From a virus (taxonomy: Duplodnaviria; Caudoviricetes): a stretch of DNA of 58,532 nucleotides. The notes under the pieces are model-generated. The model did no database searches. It was given only the letters and a program-made list of their open reading frames with translations, and had not been told where the DNA came from. Location: the IMG/VR virus record IMGVR_UViG_3300028920_000078, positions 1-58,532 of that record; one strand, 5' to 3'. Position 1 is the first letter of the stretch, and every line of letters begins with the position of its first letter. A program made the translations under genes and the position numbers. This document shows positions 57,849-58,532 of this stretch, one piece after another.

Positions 57849-58143
57849 CTACCCTAACTTCTATATTGACTCCGGTTGTTATTGTTGAACCGGAAACAAC
57901 CTCTACTTCTCCTTTATATATTCCTTCTGTATCAAAATCTCCAGATGAAGGAGTATATGTGCAGGTTCCAGCAGAACCGCTTACTATTACACAAGAACCA
58001 CTAACTTTATGTGTGGCTGTTCCTTCTTTCTTCATTCTAAATGTTAATGTTGATCCTGTTATATCTATAGTATTTCCATCTGCATCTATCGCCGTTAGAC
58101 TTAACGACACTAAATCATTTTTCTGAACTTTAAATATTGCCAT
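57832..58143 (-). CDS. BppU-N-like Ig-fold virion protein
   Basis: KND...L...D.DG..IDITG.T..F.M...G..TY....DFDT.G.Y..EVEV. Confidence 0.7.
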   Translation of the reverse strand: MAIFKVQKNDLVSLSLTAIDADGNTIDITGSTLTFRMKKEGTATHKVSGSCVIVSGSAGTCTYTPSSGDFDTEGIYKGEVEVVSGSTITTGVNIEVRVGGEIG

Positions 58144-58144
58144 A

Positions 58145-58532
58145 TTATCTTTTCCAATAATTATTAACTTCCCACCACAATTCTGTCCAAGAAGCTACAA
58201 CTTCATATAATCCTGTTATTTCACTTCCTTGACTAGAACCACTTCTTTCAGGTTTCTTTTCGCTTTCACTTCCATTATAATAGTCATAATATATAGCAAA
58301 ATATCTAGATGTATTAATTTCCGTAATTCCGCTCATTGTCCACTTTATGTCGCAATATCCGCTTGTGCATACTGTGGTTTCTGAGGACGAATCTCCAAAC
58401 CATTCTGTTAGGTTGTAAACGTAATCTGAATATAACTCGTCATCTGATGTCATGTTGACTTTGGTCTGGAAGAACCTTCCGCTTGCGCTATCAACGTCTC
58501 CCCAGTCTCCGTAATCCAGTGCAGATGTTTCA
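58145..58532 (-). CDS. C-terminus of a large surface protein, probably the same gene as 1-2519
   Basis: Frame open to the window end; same GC-richer codon style as 1-1915; ends in a DUF2341-like KWTMSG.T..N..RYFAIYYD segment. Confidence 0.6.
   Translation of the reverse strand, partial: ETSALDYGDWGDVDSASGRFFQTKVNMTSDDELYSDYVYNLTEWFGDSSSETTVCTSGYCDIKWTMSGITEINTSRYFAIYYDYYNGSESEKKPERSGSSQGSEITGLYEVVASWTELWWEVNNYWKR

Noticed and set aside
844-58126. Many short ORFs antisense to clear genes (e.g. 5593, 8229, 28466, 44891, 55258)
   Set aside because: Shadow frames of purine-rich coding strands
1-58532. Diversity-generating retroelement, integrase/att site, inteins, stop-codon recoding
   Set aside because: No reverse transcriptase, recombinase or intein motifs recognised; core genes are intact under the standard code

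Overview
This window is most of the genome of a head-tailed (Caudoviricetes, siphovirus-like) virus of an archaeon. It is apparently circularly permuted and cut inside a large LamG-domain gene. The archaeal host is indicated by GGAGGTG(A) SD sites, BRE/TATA promoters (AAGCTTTTAAATAC), PolB, PCNA, RFC, an AEP primase, an MCM-like ATPase, an XPF/ERCC4 nuclease and a tRNA-Leu with a bulge-helix-bulge (BHB) intron. The minus strand (58.5-45.4 kb and 14.7-0 kb) carries the tail, head and packaging genes plus very large signal-peptide-bearing, sequon-rich surface proteins. The plus strand (16.3-45.3 kb) carries small early genes, a replication module and a complete 7-deazaguanine DNA-modification cluster (queD, queE, folE, queC, queF, dpdA). 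The most unusual observations are: (1) two intergenic structured RNAs closed by BHB splice motifs, each between a stop codon and the next SD, which may be host-spliced or circularised viral ncRNAs or mRNA introns; (2) a ~1.1 kb zone lacking GG and strongly depleted of GA next to TTGGAA repeats, possibly a region kept free of DpdA modification; (3) an origin-like inverted-repeat/iteron element followed by a stand-alone paralog of the MCM C-terminal winged helix; (4) a hairpin array containing a separate tRNA-Thr anticodon arm and a T-arm/CCA minihelix. All calls are from motif recognition by eye; no searches or folding programs were run.
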